This document shows, one piece after another, positions 35,015-46,370 of a stretch of DNA of 64,000 nt. Location of the stretch: contig NW_025766769.1 of the NCBI RefSeq assembly GCF_003918875.1, forward strand, positions 620,001 through 684,000. The letters run 5' to 3'. This stretch comes from Haliotis rubra (lineage: Eukaryota). Position 1 is the first letter of the stretch. Each line of letters begins with the position of its first letter. The notes below the pieces were generated by a model. It had not been told where the DNA came from. It searched no databases and saw only the letters and a list, made by a program, of their open reading frames with translations. A program made the translations under genes and the position numbers.

Positions 35015-38000
35015 ATGATGACTTTGGTCGCTGTTGCCGCCTTGGCAATAAATCTACATGGAGCTAGCGCTGCTCAGTGCGCATGCGCTAGAGGGAATGT
35101 TCACGTCCGGTCAGGTGCGGGGACGAGTCATGCGGTCCTCGGTACGCTGATCAGCGGAAGTTGCGTCACTTATGAAGGCGACCAGAGCAGCGGCTGGGTG
35201 CACGTGGACTATAACGGCAGGGTAGGTGGTTGACCTGGGTTACATGTGATGTGTGGACTGCCACGGCAGGGTAGGTGGTTGACCTGGGTGACATGTGATG
35301 TGTGGACTGCCACGGCAGGGTAGGTGGTTGGCCTGGGTTACATGTGATGTGTGGACTACCACGGCAGGGTAGGTGGTTGACCTGGGTTACATGTGCTGGG
35401 TGGACTACCACGGCAGGGTAGGTGGTTGACCTGGGTGACATGTGATGTGTGGACTACAACGGCAGGGTAGGTGGTTGACCTGGGTTACATGTGATAGGTG
35501 GTCTACCACGGCAGGGTAGGTGGTTGACGTGGGTTACATGTGATGGGTGGACTACCACGGCAGGGTAGGTGGTTGACCTGGGTTACATGTGCTGGGTGGA
35601 CTACCACGGCAGGGTAGGTGTTTGACCTGGGTTACATGTGCTGGGTGGTCTACCACGGCAGGGTAGGTGGTTGACCTGGGTGGTCTACCACGGCCGGGTA
35701 GGTGGTTGACCTGGGTGACATGTGCTGGGTGGACTACCACGGCAGGGTAGGTGGTTGACCTGGGTTACATGTGCTGGGTGGACTACCACGGCAGGGTAGG
35801 TGGTTGACCTGCGTGCAGGTGGACTATTGATGTTCTAGTATCATTTAATAACCATCAAATAGCCAATTCTCTAAAGGTGTTTTACTCAACTGAACTTAAA
35901 TGAGATCATTTCATGTGTGAAATCTATGTATAAATATTAAGTATTCATCTCAAAAGCAATGTCTTAAGAACTACAGCCTTCTACATCATTCTGATGTGTT
36001 GATCCATGAAGGTTCGGGTTAGAATGAACCTTCAGTAACCCATGCTTGTCGTAAGAGGCGACTAACGGGATCGGGTGGTCAGGCTCGCTGGCTTGGTTGA
36101 CACTGGTCATCGGTTCCCAATTGCGCAGATCGATGCTCATGCTGTTGATCACTGGATTTTCTGGTCCAGACTCGATTATTTACAGACCGCCGATATATAG
36201 CTGGAATATTGCTGAGTGCAGCGTAAAACTAAACTCACTCACTCATGTGTTGATCCACTACATCTGATGTGTTGATCCACTACATCTGTTATGTTGATCC
36301 ACTACATCTGATGTGTTGATCCACTACATCTGATTGTCTGGTATTTCTTACAGAGCGGGTGGATCGCGGGAAATTATGTCAACATTCAGACTTGCTCGGG
36401 GGGTTCCGTCACCTCAGGTAAACGTCGTTGTTCCAAGTCATGATTTATCCTCATTTGCCACAAACTATAACATGATGTTCATCATCATAAACTACATATA
36501 TAACATGATGTTCATCATCATAAACTACATATATAACATGATGTTCATCATCATAAACTACATATATAACATGATGTTCATCATCATAAACTACATATAT
36601 AACATGATGTTCATCATCATAAACTACATATATAACATGATGTTCATCATCATAAACTGAAACATAATGCTCGTTATCATAAACTATAACATGAAGTAAG
36701 ACGCCATCTCATTTGAAGGGGGAGGCGGCCTAGACTGTTCCGGGGGTCACCGGTACTCTGCACGTGGCACGGCCTACTACCCCGCCGACAACCCACTGGA
36801 GGGAGGCTTCGTGGACATGAGGGGCGCTAGACTCAGGACGCTACAGGTAAGCTTATTCTGACTGTCATATATGAAAGAAAAGCATCTTGTAGTGGCTCGA
36901 AGACTCTAGATTGTCACACATTGAAGGGTGTTCCTGTAGGCAAGTTCTAATATCCAAGTGCTAGTTTACCGATCGTACGTTCAGCTCACAATGGCTGGAT
37001 GTACTTGTGCCAAATGTTTACGACACCGACGTGCGTGACAGGTGCGTATAACAACGTTATTATTCTTGACATGGTTTTGTTTCTTGCTGTTTAACTAAGC
37101 TAGCCTCAAGCTACATGACTTCAAAACTGATCTATTCCTGCAGGATACAATTACATGCAGTCAATTTAGTAGCTTTTTGTAATCGGCTTGCTTGGCTCCA
37201 ACCCGGACCCCACTGGTGCTTGACACGAAGACGAGTGGGTGTATACACCCCAAGATCACTGCTGGCAGACTTGCACACCGCCATCTAGTCGTCCAGAGAC
37301 CCCGGAACACGATCTGTAAGACCACTACCCCGTCGTCCAGTGCACTGGAACACGATCTGTATGACCACTACCTCGTCGTCCAGTGCACTGGAACACGATC
37401 TGTATGACCACTACCTCGTCGTCCAGTGCACTGGAACACATTCTGTGTGACCACTACCCCGTTGTCCAGTCAACCGGAACACGATCTGTATGACCACATA
37501 TCTGTTAGATTGAATATATTATTTTCAAACGATTGTTTTATTCCAGCAATTTCTTGCTGGAAGTGCGAGCTATGTGAGTGTTGCCATGGACAACCACGCC
37601 GGCATTGCCTACGGCACCAGCATCTGTATCCCCGAGATGAACCAGCGATACAACAAACACATTGTCTTTAAGGTGGGTCAGGTAACTTCGATCACCTGTA
37701 TTAAAAGTGTGGTAGACACCGTCACAGATAGCAATGTACACCAGTAGATGAATCAGCGATACAACAAACGCATTGTCTTTAAGGTGGGTCAGGTAACTTC
37801 GATCACCTGTATTACAGGTGTGGTAGACACCGTCACAGATAGCAATGTACACCAGTAGATGAACCAGCGATACAACAAACACATTGTCTTTAAGGTGGGT
37901 CAGGTAACTTCGATCACCTGTATTACAGGTGTGGTAGACACCGTCAAAGATAGCAATGTACACCAGTAGATGAATCAGCGATACAACAAACACAGTGACT

Positions 38001-41000
38001 TTAAGGTGGGTCAGGTAACTTCGATCACCTGTATTACAGGTGTGGTAGACACCGTCACAGATAGCAATGTACACCAGTAGATGAATCAGCGATACAACAA
38101 ACACAGTGACTTTAAGGTGGGTCAGGTAACTTCGATCACCTGTATTACAGGTGTGGTAGAGACCGTCACAGATAGCAATGTACACCAGTAGATGAATCAC
38201 AGATACAACAAACACAGTGACTTTAAGGTGGGTCAGGTAACTTCGATCACCTGTATTACAGGTGTGGTAGAGACCGTCACAGATAGCAAAGTACACCAGT
38301 AGATGAATCAGCGATACAACAAACACATTGACTTTAAGGTGGGTCAGGTAACTTCGATCACCTGTATTACAGGTGTGGTAGAGACCGTCACAGATAGCAA
38401 TGTACACCAGTAGATGAATCAGCGATACAACAAACACATTGACTTTAAGGTGGGTCAGGTAACTTCGATCACCTGTATTACAGGTGTGGTAGAGACCGTC
38501 ACAGATAGCAATGTACACCAGTAGATGAATCACAGATACAACAAACACAGTGACTTTAAGGTGGGTCAGGTAACTTCGATCACCTGTATTACAGGTGTGG
38601 TAGAGACCGTCACAGATAGCAATGTACACCAGTAGATGAATCAGCGATACAACAAACACATTGTCTTTAAGGTGGGTCAGGTAACTTCGATCACCTGTAT
38701 TACAGGTGGGGTCAGGTAACTTCGATCACCTGTATTACAGGTGTGGTGGTAGACCGTCACATGATCAGCGATACAACAATGTACACCCCGTAGTAGATGA
38801 ATCACCTGTATTACAGGTGTGCGATACAACAAACACACATTGACTTTAAGGTGGGTCAGGTAACTTCGATCACCTGTATTACAGGTGTGTAGACACCGTC
38901 ACAAACAGATAGCAATGTACACCAGTAGATGAATCACAGATACAACAAACACATTGACTTTAAGGTGGGTCAGGTAACTTCGATCACCTGTATTACAGGT
39001 GTGGTAGAGACCGTCACAGATAGCAATGTACACCAGTAGATGAATCAGCGATACAACAAACACATTGACTTTAAGGTGGGTCAGGTAACTTCGATCACCT
39101 GTATTACAGGTGTGGTAGAGACCGTCACAGATAGCAATGTACACCAGTAGATGAATCACAGATACAACAAACACAGTGACTTTAAGGTGGGTCAGGTAAC
39201 TTCGATCACCTGTATTACAGGTGTGGTAGAGACCGTCACAGATAGCAATGTACACCAGTAGATGAATCAGCGATACAACAAACACATTGACTTTAAGGTG
39301 GGTCAGGTAACTTCGATCACCCGTATTAAAGGTGTGGTGGACACCGTCACAGATAGCAATGTACACCAGTAGATGAATCACAGATACAACAAACACAGTG
39401 ACTTTAAGGTGGGTCAGGTAACTTCGATCACCTGTATTACAGGTGTGGTAGAGACCGTCACAGATAGCAATGTACACCAGTAGATGAATCAGCGATACAA
39501 CAAACACATTGTCTTTAAGGTGGGTCAGGTAACTTCGATCACCTGTATTACAGGTGTGGTAGAGACCGTCACAGATAGCAATGTACACCAGTAGATGAAT
39601 CACAGATACAACAAACACAGTGACTTTAAGGTGGGTCAGGTAACTTCGATCACCTGTATTACAGGTGTGGTAGAGACCGTCACAGATAGCAATGTACACC
39701 AGTAGATGAATCAGCGATACAACAAACACAGTGACTTTAAGGTGGGTCAGGTAACTTCGATCACCTGTATTACAGGTGTGGTAGAGACCGTCACAGATAG
39801 CAATGTACACCAGTAGATGAATCAGCGATACAACAAACACAGTGACTTTAAGGTGGGTCAGGTAACTTCGATCACCTGTATTACAGGTGTGGTAGACACC
39901 GTCACAGATAGCAAAGTACACCAGTAGATGAATCAGCGATACAACAAACACATTGACTTTAAGGTGGGTCAGGTAACTTCGATCACCTGTATTACAGGTG
40001 TGGTAGACACCGTCACAGATAGCAATGTACACCAGTAGATGAATCACAGATACAACAAGTACATTGTCTTTAAGGTGGGTCAGGTAACTTCGATCACCTG
40101 TATTACAGGTGTGGTAGAGACCGTCACAGATAGCAATGTACACCAGTAGATGAATCACAGATACAACAAACACAGTGACTTTAAGGTGGGTCAGGTAACT
40201 TCGATCACCTGTATTACAGGTGTGGTAGAGACCGTCACAGATAGCAATGTACACCAGTAGATGAATCAGCGATACAACAAACACATTGACTTTAAGGTGG
40301 GTCAGGTAACTTCGATCACCTGTATTACAGGTGTGGTAGAGACCGTCACAGATAGCAATGTACACCAGTAGATGAATCACAGATACAACAAACACAGTGA
40401 CTTTACAGGTGGGTCAGGTAACTTCGATCACCCGTATTACAGGTGTGGTGGAGGTAACTTCGACCGTCACAGATAGCAATGTACACCAGTAGATGAATCA
40501 GCGATACAACAAACACATTGACTTTAAGGTGGGTCAGGTAACTTCGATCACCTGTATTACAGGTGTGGTAGAGACCGTCACAGATAGCAATGTACACCAG
40601 TAGATGAATCAGCGATACAACAAACACATTGACTTTAAGGTGGGTCAGGTAACTTCGATCACCTGTATTACAGGTGTGGTAGACGCCGTCACAGATAGCA
40701 ATGTACATATACATCACCAGTCTGGAATACTAAAAACACAGGATGGAATACGATGAACAAGATTTATCATGGAACGTTCTTCTTGAACTGATTTTGCAAT
40801 TAAAAAGGCATCTTACGTACAGTCGAACCCCGTTATCTCGAAGTCATATTTGTCGAATCCCAGATCGTGTCGGCTTATAGTCAGGATATATGTAGCGACA
40901 CTGTATTGAAAACCTGTTTCCTGTGTCGAAGTACAAGTGTCTGATTATCAGTTGTCTAGAACTTATTTTACGTCCTAAAGGTTGCATTTACGTTGGAACC

Positions 41001-42508
41001 TACCCTGAAACGTCGAGCTAATAATTACTAAACTACTTCATATTGGTTTAGGATTTGTATCGAGTGTAGTGCCCTTACTGCTCCTGTGTGTTTAGCTGTG
41101 TAGCAACCACAGCTACTGTTCCTGCTCCTGTGTGTTTAGCTGTGTAGCAACCACAGCTACTGTTCCTGCTCCTGTGTGTTTAGCTGTGTAGCAACCACAG
41201 CTACTGTTCCTGCTCCTGTGTGTTTAGCTGTGTAGCAACCACAGCTACTGTTACTGCTCCTGTGTGTTTAGCTGTGTAGCAACCACAGCTACTGTTCCTG
41301 CTCCTGTGTGTTTAGCTGTGTAGCAACCACAGCTACTGTTACTGCTCCTGTGTGTTTAGGTGTGTAGCAACCACAGCTACTGTTACTGCTGCTGTGTGTT
41401 TGGCTGTGTAGCAGCCACAGCTACTGTTACTGCTCCTGTGTGTTTAGATGTGTAGCAACCACAGCTACTGTTACTGCTCCTGTGTGTTTAGATGTGTAGC
41501 AACCACAGCTACTGTTACTGCTCCTGTGTGTTTAGATGTGTAGCAACCACAGCTACTGTTACTGCTCCTGTGTGTTTAGGTGTGTAGCAACCACAGCTAC
41601 TGTTACTGCTCCTGTGTGTTTAGGTGTGTAGCAACCGCAGCTACTGTTACTGCTCCTGTGTGTTTAGGTGTGTAGCAACCGCATCTACTGTTACTGCTCC
41701 TGTGTGTTTAGCTGTGTAGCAACCACAGCCACTGTTGCTACTCCTGTGTGTTTAGCTGTGTAGCAACCACAGCTACTGTTACTGCTCCTGTGTGTTTAGC
41801 TGTGTAGCAACCGCAGCTACTGTTACTGCTCCTGTGTGTTTAGGTGTGTAGCAACCGTAGCTACTGTTACTGCTCCTGTGTGTTTAGGTGTGTAGCAACC
41901 GCAGCTACTGTTACTGCTCCTGTGTGTTTAGCTGTGTAGCAACCACAGCTACTGTTGCTACTCCTGTGTGTTTAGCTGTGTAGCAACCACAGCTACTGTT
42001 ACTGCTCCTGTGTGTTTAGGTGTGTAGCAACCGCAGCTACTGTTACTGCTCCTGTGTGTTTAGCTGTGTAGCAACCGCAGCTACTGTTGCTGCTCCTGTG
42101 TGTTTAGGTGTGTATCAACCACAGCTACTGTTACTGCTCCTGTGTGTTTAGGTGTGTATCAACCACAGCTACTGTTACTGCTCCTGTGTGTTTAGGTGTG
42201 TAGCAACCGCAGCTACTGTTACTGCTCCTGTGTGTTTAGCTGTGTAGCAACCGCAGCTACTGTTGCTGCTCCTGTGTGTTTAGCTGTGTATCAACCACAG
42301 CTACTGTTACTTCATGTTTCTATTGCTGCGCATGTCCAGGAAGTATCCATGTCTTTGTTTAGTATATTTAGGATTACTCCTGCAGGTTGTAGACACGGGG
42401 TCAGCGTTCTTTGGTAAAGGTCACAGCCGTATTGACATCTGCGTCAGTTCCCAGGCCAACTCGTACGACTCCACCATCAACGGCCATCTCACCCTTGTCT
42501 TTCCTTGA
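35015..42508 (+). CDS. Secreted SH3b + 3D-domain protein (putative peptidoglycan-binding lytic transglycosylase), copy 2, 215 aa; join(35015-35221,36354-36417,36719-36846,37547-37672,42386-42508)
   Basis: Signal peptide MMTLVAVAALAINLHGASA; SH3b signature NVHVRSGAGTSHAVLGTL...GWVHVDYNGR|SGWIAGNYV; Gly/Ser linker; 3D motifs GTAYYP/VAMD/YGT/DTG/IDI; GT-AG introns with phases 0,1,0,0 and an open frame; AATAAA at about 42558. Confidence 0.88.
35203..35826. repeat. 49-bp minisatellite containing the exon-1 end and 5' splice site
   Basis: Unit GTGGACTACCACGGCAGG|GTAGGTGGTTGACCTGGGTTACATGTGATGT, about 13 units. Confidence 0.95.
36007..36244 (+). mobile_element. SINE, 5'-truncated, with TGTCGTAAGAGGCGACTAA core (Nin-like, tentative)
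   Basis: (ACTC)n tail and 3' end shared with the other SINEs; 13-bp TSD ATGTGTTGATCCA at 35994-36006 and 36245-36257. Confidence 0.85.
36465..36690. repeat. 33-bp minisatellite filling intron 2 of 3D gene copy 2
   Basis: AACATGATGTTCATCATCATAAACTACATATAT, about 6 units. Confidence 0.93.
37290..37500. repeat. 43-bp tandem repeat in intron 3
   Basis: GGAACACGATCTGTATGACCACTACCTCGTCGTCCAGTGCACT, about 5 units. Confidence 0.9.
37636..40710. repeat. 111-bp repeat, about 27-28 units, containing the exon end and 5' splice site
   Basis: Same unit as 24987-25310; explains the 373- and 498-aa minus-strand repeat ORFs. Confidence 0.96.
41075..42310. repeat. 44-bp minisatellite in intron 4
   Basis: TGTGTTTAGCTGTGTAGCAACCACAGCTACTGTTACTGCTCCTG, about 28 units. 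Confidence 0.96.
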
Positions 42509-42829
42509 TCTTCACGTCACATCTGGTCAGCCAAGTGCCATGTATATCCGCCACCTCAATAAATGCACCATCTTGTTGTGTGGTTTGAACTATTCTCCTT
42601 CTAGGTCGTCTCATGGCGGTTGCCTTGAGGTGGAAGTGTTTCTTCCGGGTTCGACACCGTAGTGTGAGAAGCTCGTTTATGGTGTCGTTCGTTTCATCTA
42701 GTTAACTCTAGTTTTTAAACGATCCATTATTTTGTGTTTTAAAAAATTACAGATCGGCTCAAATCCGCCTATTTATGATTTGAGAACGAATAATTGATAA
42801 GCGTCAAACCAGTGGTGGCTGACTAGCCT

Positions 42830-43347
42830 TAGATGAGTGTCAAACCCCTGGTGAGCGTCAAACCCCTGACTAGCCCCTGATGAGTGCCGAACCCATGATG
42901 AATGTATAGCCCTGGATGAGTGTCAAACCCCTGGTGAGCGTCAAACCCTCAATGAATGTATAGCCCTGGAAGAGTGTCAAACCCCTGGTGAGCGTCAAAC
43001 CCTCAATGAATGTATAGCCCTGGATGAGTGTCAAACCCCTGGTGAGCGTCAAACCCTCAATGAATGTATAGCCCTGGAAGAGTGTCAAACCCCTGGTGAG
43101 CGTCAAACCCTCAATGAATGTATAGCCCTGGATGAGTGTCAAACCCCTGGTGAGCGTCAAACCCTCAATGAATGTATAGCCCTGGAAGAGTGTCAAACCC
43201 CTGGTGAGCGTCAAACCCCTGACTAGCCCCTGATGAGTGCCGAACCCATGATGAATGTATAGCCCCTGGTGAGCGTCAAACCCCCGATAAGCGTTAAAGC
43301 CCAGATGACTGACAAGCCCCTGGTGAATGTCAAACCCCTGAGGAATG
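42830..43347. repeat. 18-bp subunit / 54-bp higher-order repeat; resumes at 44437-44550
   Basis: GAGTGTCAAACCCCTGGT-GAGCGTCAAACCCTCAAT-GAATGTATAGCCCTGGAT. Confidence 0.9.
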
Positions 43348-44436
43348 GCTTCTTTGAGTGGCATTTTTTATACTAGAGCACGACGTTTCAATACAAGATC
43401 TTGTATACATTCTATGCTCTTTGTATCATTGGCTTCCACTGGCCTTTATGTTTATCTTGTATACATTCTATCCTCTGTGTATCATTGGCTTCCGTTGGCC
43501 TCTATGTTTATCTTGTATACATTCTATGCTCTGTGTATCATTGGCTTCCACTGGCCTTTATGTTTATCTTGTATACATTCTATGCTCATTGTATCATTGG
43601 CTTCCGTTGGCCTCTATGTTTATCTTGTATACATTATATGCTCTGTGTATCATTGGCTTCCACTGGCCTTTATGTTTATCTTGTATACATTCTATGCTCA
43701 TTGTATCATTGGCTTCCGTTGGCCTCTATGTTTATCTTGTAAACATTCTATGCTCTGTGTATCACTGGCTTCCGCTGGCCTCTATGTCTTTATTTTGTAT
43801 ACATTCTCTGCTCTGTGTATCACTGGCTTCCACTGGCCTCTGTGTTAATCTTGTATACATTCTATGCTCTGTGTATCATTGGCTTCCACTGGCCTCTATG
43901 TTTATCTTGTATACATTCTATGCTCTTTGTATCATTGGCTTCCACTGGCCTCTTTGTTTATCTTGTATACATTCTATGCTCTGTGTATCATTGGCTTCCA
44001 CTGGCCTCTATGTTTATCTTGTATACATTCTATGCTCATTGTATCATTGGCTTCCGTTAGCCTCTATGTTTATCTTGTAAACATTCTCTGCTCTTTGTAT
44101 CATTGGCTTCCGCTGGCCTCTTTGTTAATCTTGTATACATTCTATGCTCTGTGTATCATTGGCTTCCGCTGGCCTCTTTGTTAATCTTGTATACATTCTG
44201 TGCTCTGTGTATCATTGGCTTCCACTGGCCTCTATGTTTATCCCTGTAATCCTCTGTCATCCCTGTATTTGTTATCATCACATTGTTATTCCGCCTTGAC
44301 TTGTTAATTAGTCTTGTTGTATATACATCACCTGTTTTCTCCCTGTACCATTCTCACTTGAAAGCGATACAAGAACCTGTATCGAAAAGTCGTGCTCTAG
44401 AATAAAAGAAGTTGTCATCCATATATACTTGTTCTA
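43348..44436. mobile_element. Non-autonomous insertion with inverted ends (Penelope-like, tentative) carrying an internal 56-bp array
   Basis: 12-bp TSD CCCTGAGGAATG at 43336-43347 and 44437-44448; 43370-43406 is the reverse complement of 44365-44403. Confidence 0.7.
43398..44240. repeat. 56-bp minisatellite
   Basis: TATCTTGTATACATTCTATGCTCTGTGTATCATTGGCTTCCACTGGCCTCTATGTT, about 15 units. Confidence 0.95.
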
Positions 44437-44557
44437 CCCTGAGGAATGTATAGCCCCGGGTGAGCGTCAAAACCCCATGAATGTCAAAGCCCTGATAAGT
44501 GTCTCGTTCCTGATGGGTTTCAAACCTCTGATGAGGGTCTAGCCCCTTGGAAACGTC

Positions 44558-44560
<3 letters not shown>

Positions 44561-44609
<49 letters not shown>
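44561..44609. repeat. (AT)n microsatellite
   Basis: Directly visible. Confidence 0.95.
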
Positions 44610-44610
<1 letters not shown>

Positions 44611-44662
44611 CTTTCCCCACAGGAACTTTGCCCACCACAATTTTACAGGGAGGAACTTCCCC

Positions 44663-44811
44663 NNNNNNNNNNNNNNNNNNNNNNNNNNNNNNNNNNNNNN
44701 NNNNNNNNNNNNNNNNNNNNNNNNNNNNNNNNNNNNNNNNNNNNNNNNNNNNNNNNNNNNNNNNNNNNNNNNNNNNNNNNNNNNNNNNNNNNNNNNNNNN
44801 NNNNNNNNNNN
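44663..44811. other. Assembly gap (N run)
   Basis: Run of n characters; the left flank is the 47-bp repeat that recurs at 45990-46370. Confidence 0.99.
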
Positions 44812-45989
44812 TTCCATATAAATTGGAAAGGAGCCCTAGTGAAATCTAGACTTGCTTTATTTAGGTCTTTAGCATTGCAGAACGGTGTGTCCGAAAGGGA
44901 AAATAATGTTGTGAGACAGGCTGGAATCTTTACAAGAACCTCATGAATTCCATATCAGCTTATATTTCCTGTCACATCACATGGGTGTCAGAGGTGCATT
45001 GACCCTCTTGTCATAGCTCAGATAGCATTCGGACATTGGCCCAACGTTAGCAAAAGCATTGCCAACCTTGGGCCAACGTATGAATGTTATCTCGGAGGTT
45101 CCACCTCGGATGAGTGTCAACCACTGTTGGGCGTCAAGCCTCTGGGGAGCGATGATACCCAACCAAGACGATCACTTATGCTGTTAAGAATGAGAATCTT
45201 TATCACAGATTCCACTACTGACAGAGGCATTTGTAACCTTGGGAAAGGCTGGGTATGAAAACATTTTCATTTCAATTGCTATCTGTCTGGCTGCGTGATT
45301 GACTTGCAATCACACAATACTAGCTAGAAACTACACACCCTCTGAACTAATTAACAAGCAAAGATCTTCCTAGTTGTCAACAAGAAATATTTTAGGCAAC
45401 ATCATCACAAGGTCAAGGTTGGACAATGGCCGATGCAGGATTTAAGGTTAAATAGAACATAGACTGTACCTGCAGTACGTGTCACTGTTCTAGTGACCAC
45501 CGTGCCCGATGCTCACATGAGACTGGCATTGGCTGCTCAGAATCACGTGATGCTGGAGTCTGACGATGTGGTTGGTGACGGCAGTGATGGTGGTGTACAT
45601 TGTCACCTGGGACAAATGACTCTAAGTGACTGGACTTCTTGGCCAGTTCAGGAAAATGGTTAACTGTGAAACTCATATGTTAAGCGTGAACTGACTCATA
45701 TTTCAAGTGGCAGGTAAGAATTTGACGTTTTCAGGGAATAAACGTAGACATTAAGCATTTCTGTTGATACTTATGTTTATTGTTGTGTTTATTTTACATT
45801 TTGATAAACCGTGTTTTATCTGTATTGCGGGAAACTAAGCATAAAAGAATACATGCAGGTTCACCGCAGGTACATGGCAGTGGATGGAAGTTATGCTATA
45901 ACATGCTAGTCGGCAGACCGGCCCATCTGAAGTGACGCTAGTTGGTAATAAGCGCGTATTGCTAGTGGTGTACGGAACATGGTCCAAAA

Positions 45990-46370
45990 GGAACTTTCCC
46001 CGCAGGAACTATCCCCACCCCAATTATTACAGGGGAGAAGCTTTCCCCGCAGGAACTATCCCCACCCCAATTATTACAGGGGAGGAGCCATCCCCGCAGG
46101 AACTATCCCCACCCCAATTTTACAGGGGAGAAGCTTTCCCCGCAGGAGCTATCCCCAACCCAATTATTACAGGGGAGAAGCTTTCCCCGCAGGAACTATC
46201 CCCAACCCAATTATTACAGGGGACGAGCTTTCCCCGCAGGAACTATCCCCACCCCAATTATTACAGGGGACGAGCTATCCCCGCAGGAACTATCCCCACC
46301 CCAATTATTACAGGGGACGAGCTTTCCCCGCAGGAACTATCCACACCCCAATTATTACAGGGAGCTTTGC
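45990..46370. repeat. 47-bp minisatellite
   Basis: GCTTTCCCCGCAGGAACTATCCCCACCCCAATTATTACAGGGGAGAA, about 8 units. Confidence 0.93.

Noticed and set aside
37700-37725. GTGGTAGACACC (VVDT) inside the 111-bp unit as a duplicated copy of the last exon start
   Set aside because: Only about 9 nt match and there is no in-frame AG acceptor; may be chance or microhomology
37538-40717. 373- and 498-aa minus-strand repeat proteins
   Set aside because: Antisense translation of the 111-bp intronic array of the + strand 3D gene
35015-42508. Bacterial contamination as the source of the SH3b/3D sequence
   Set aside because: Coding sequence is split by spliceosomal introns containing host SINEs and is followed by AATAAA
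45500-45713. Signal-peptide-like exon ending at a strong CAG|GTAAG donor
   Set aside because: All three frames contain stops shortly before the donor; at most a non-coding exon
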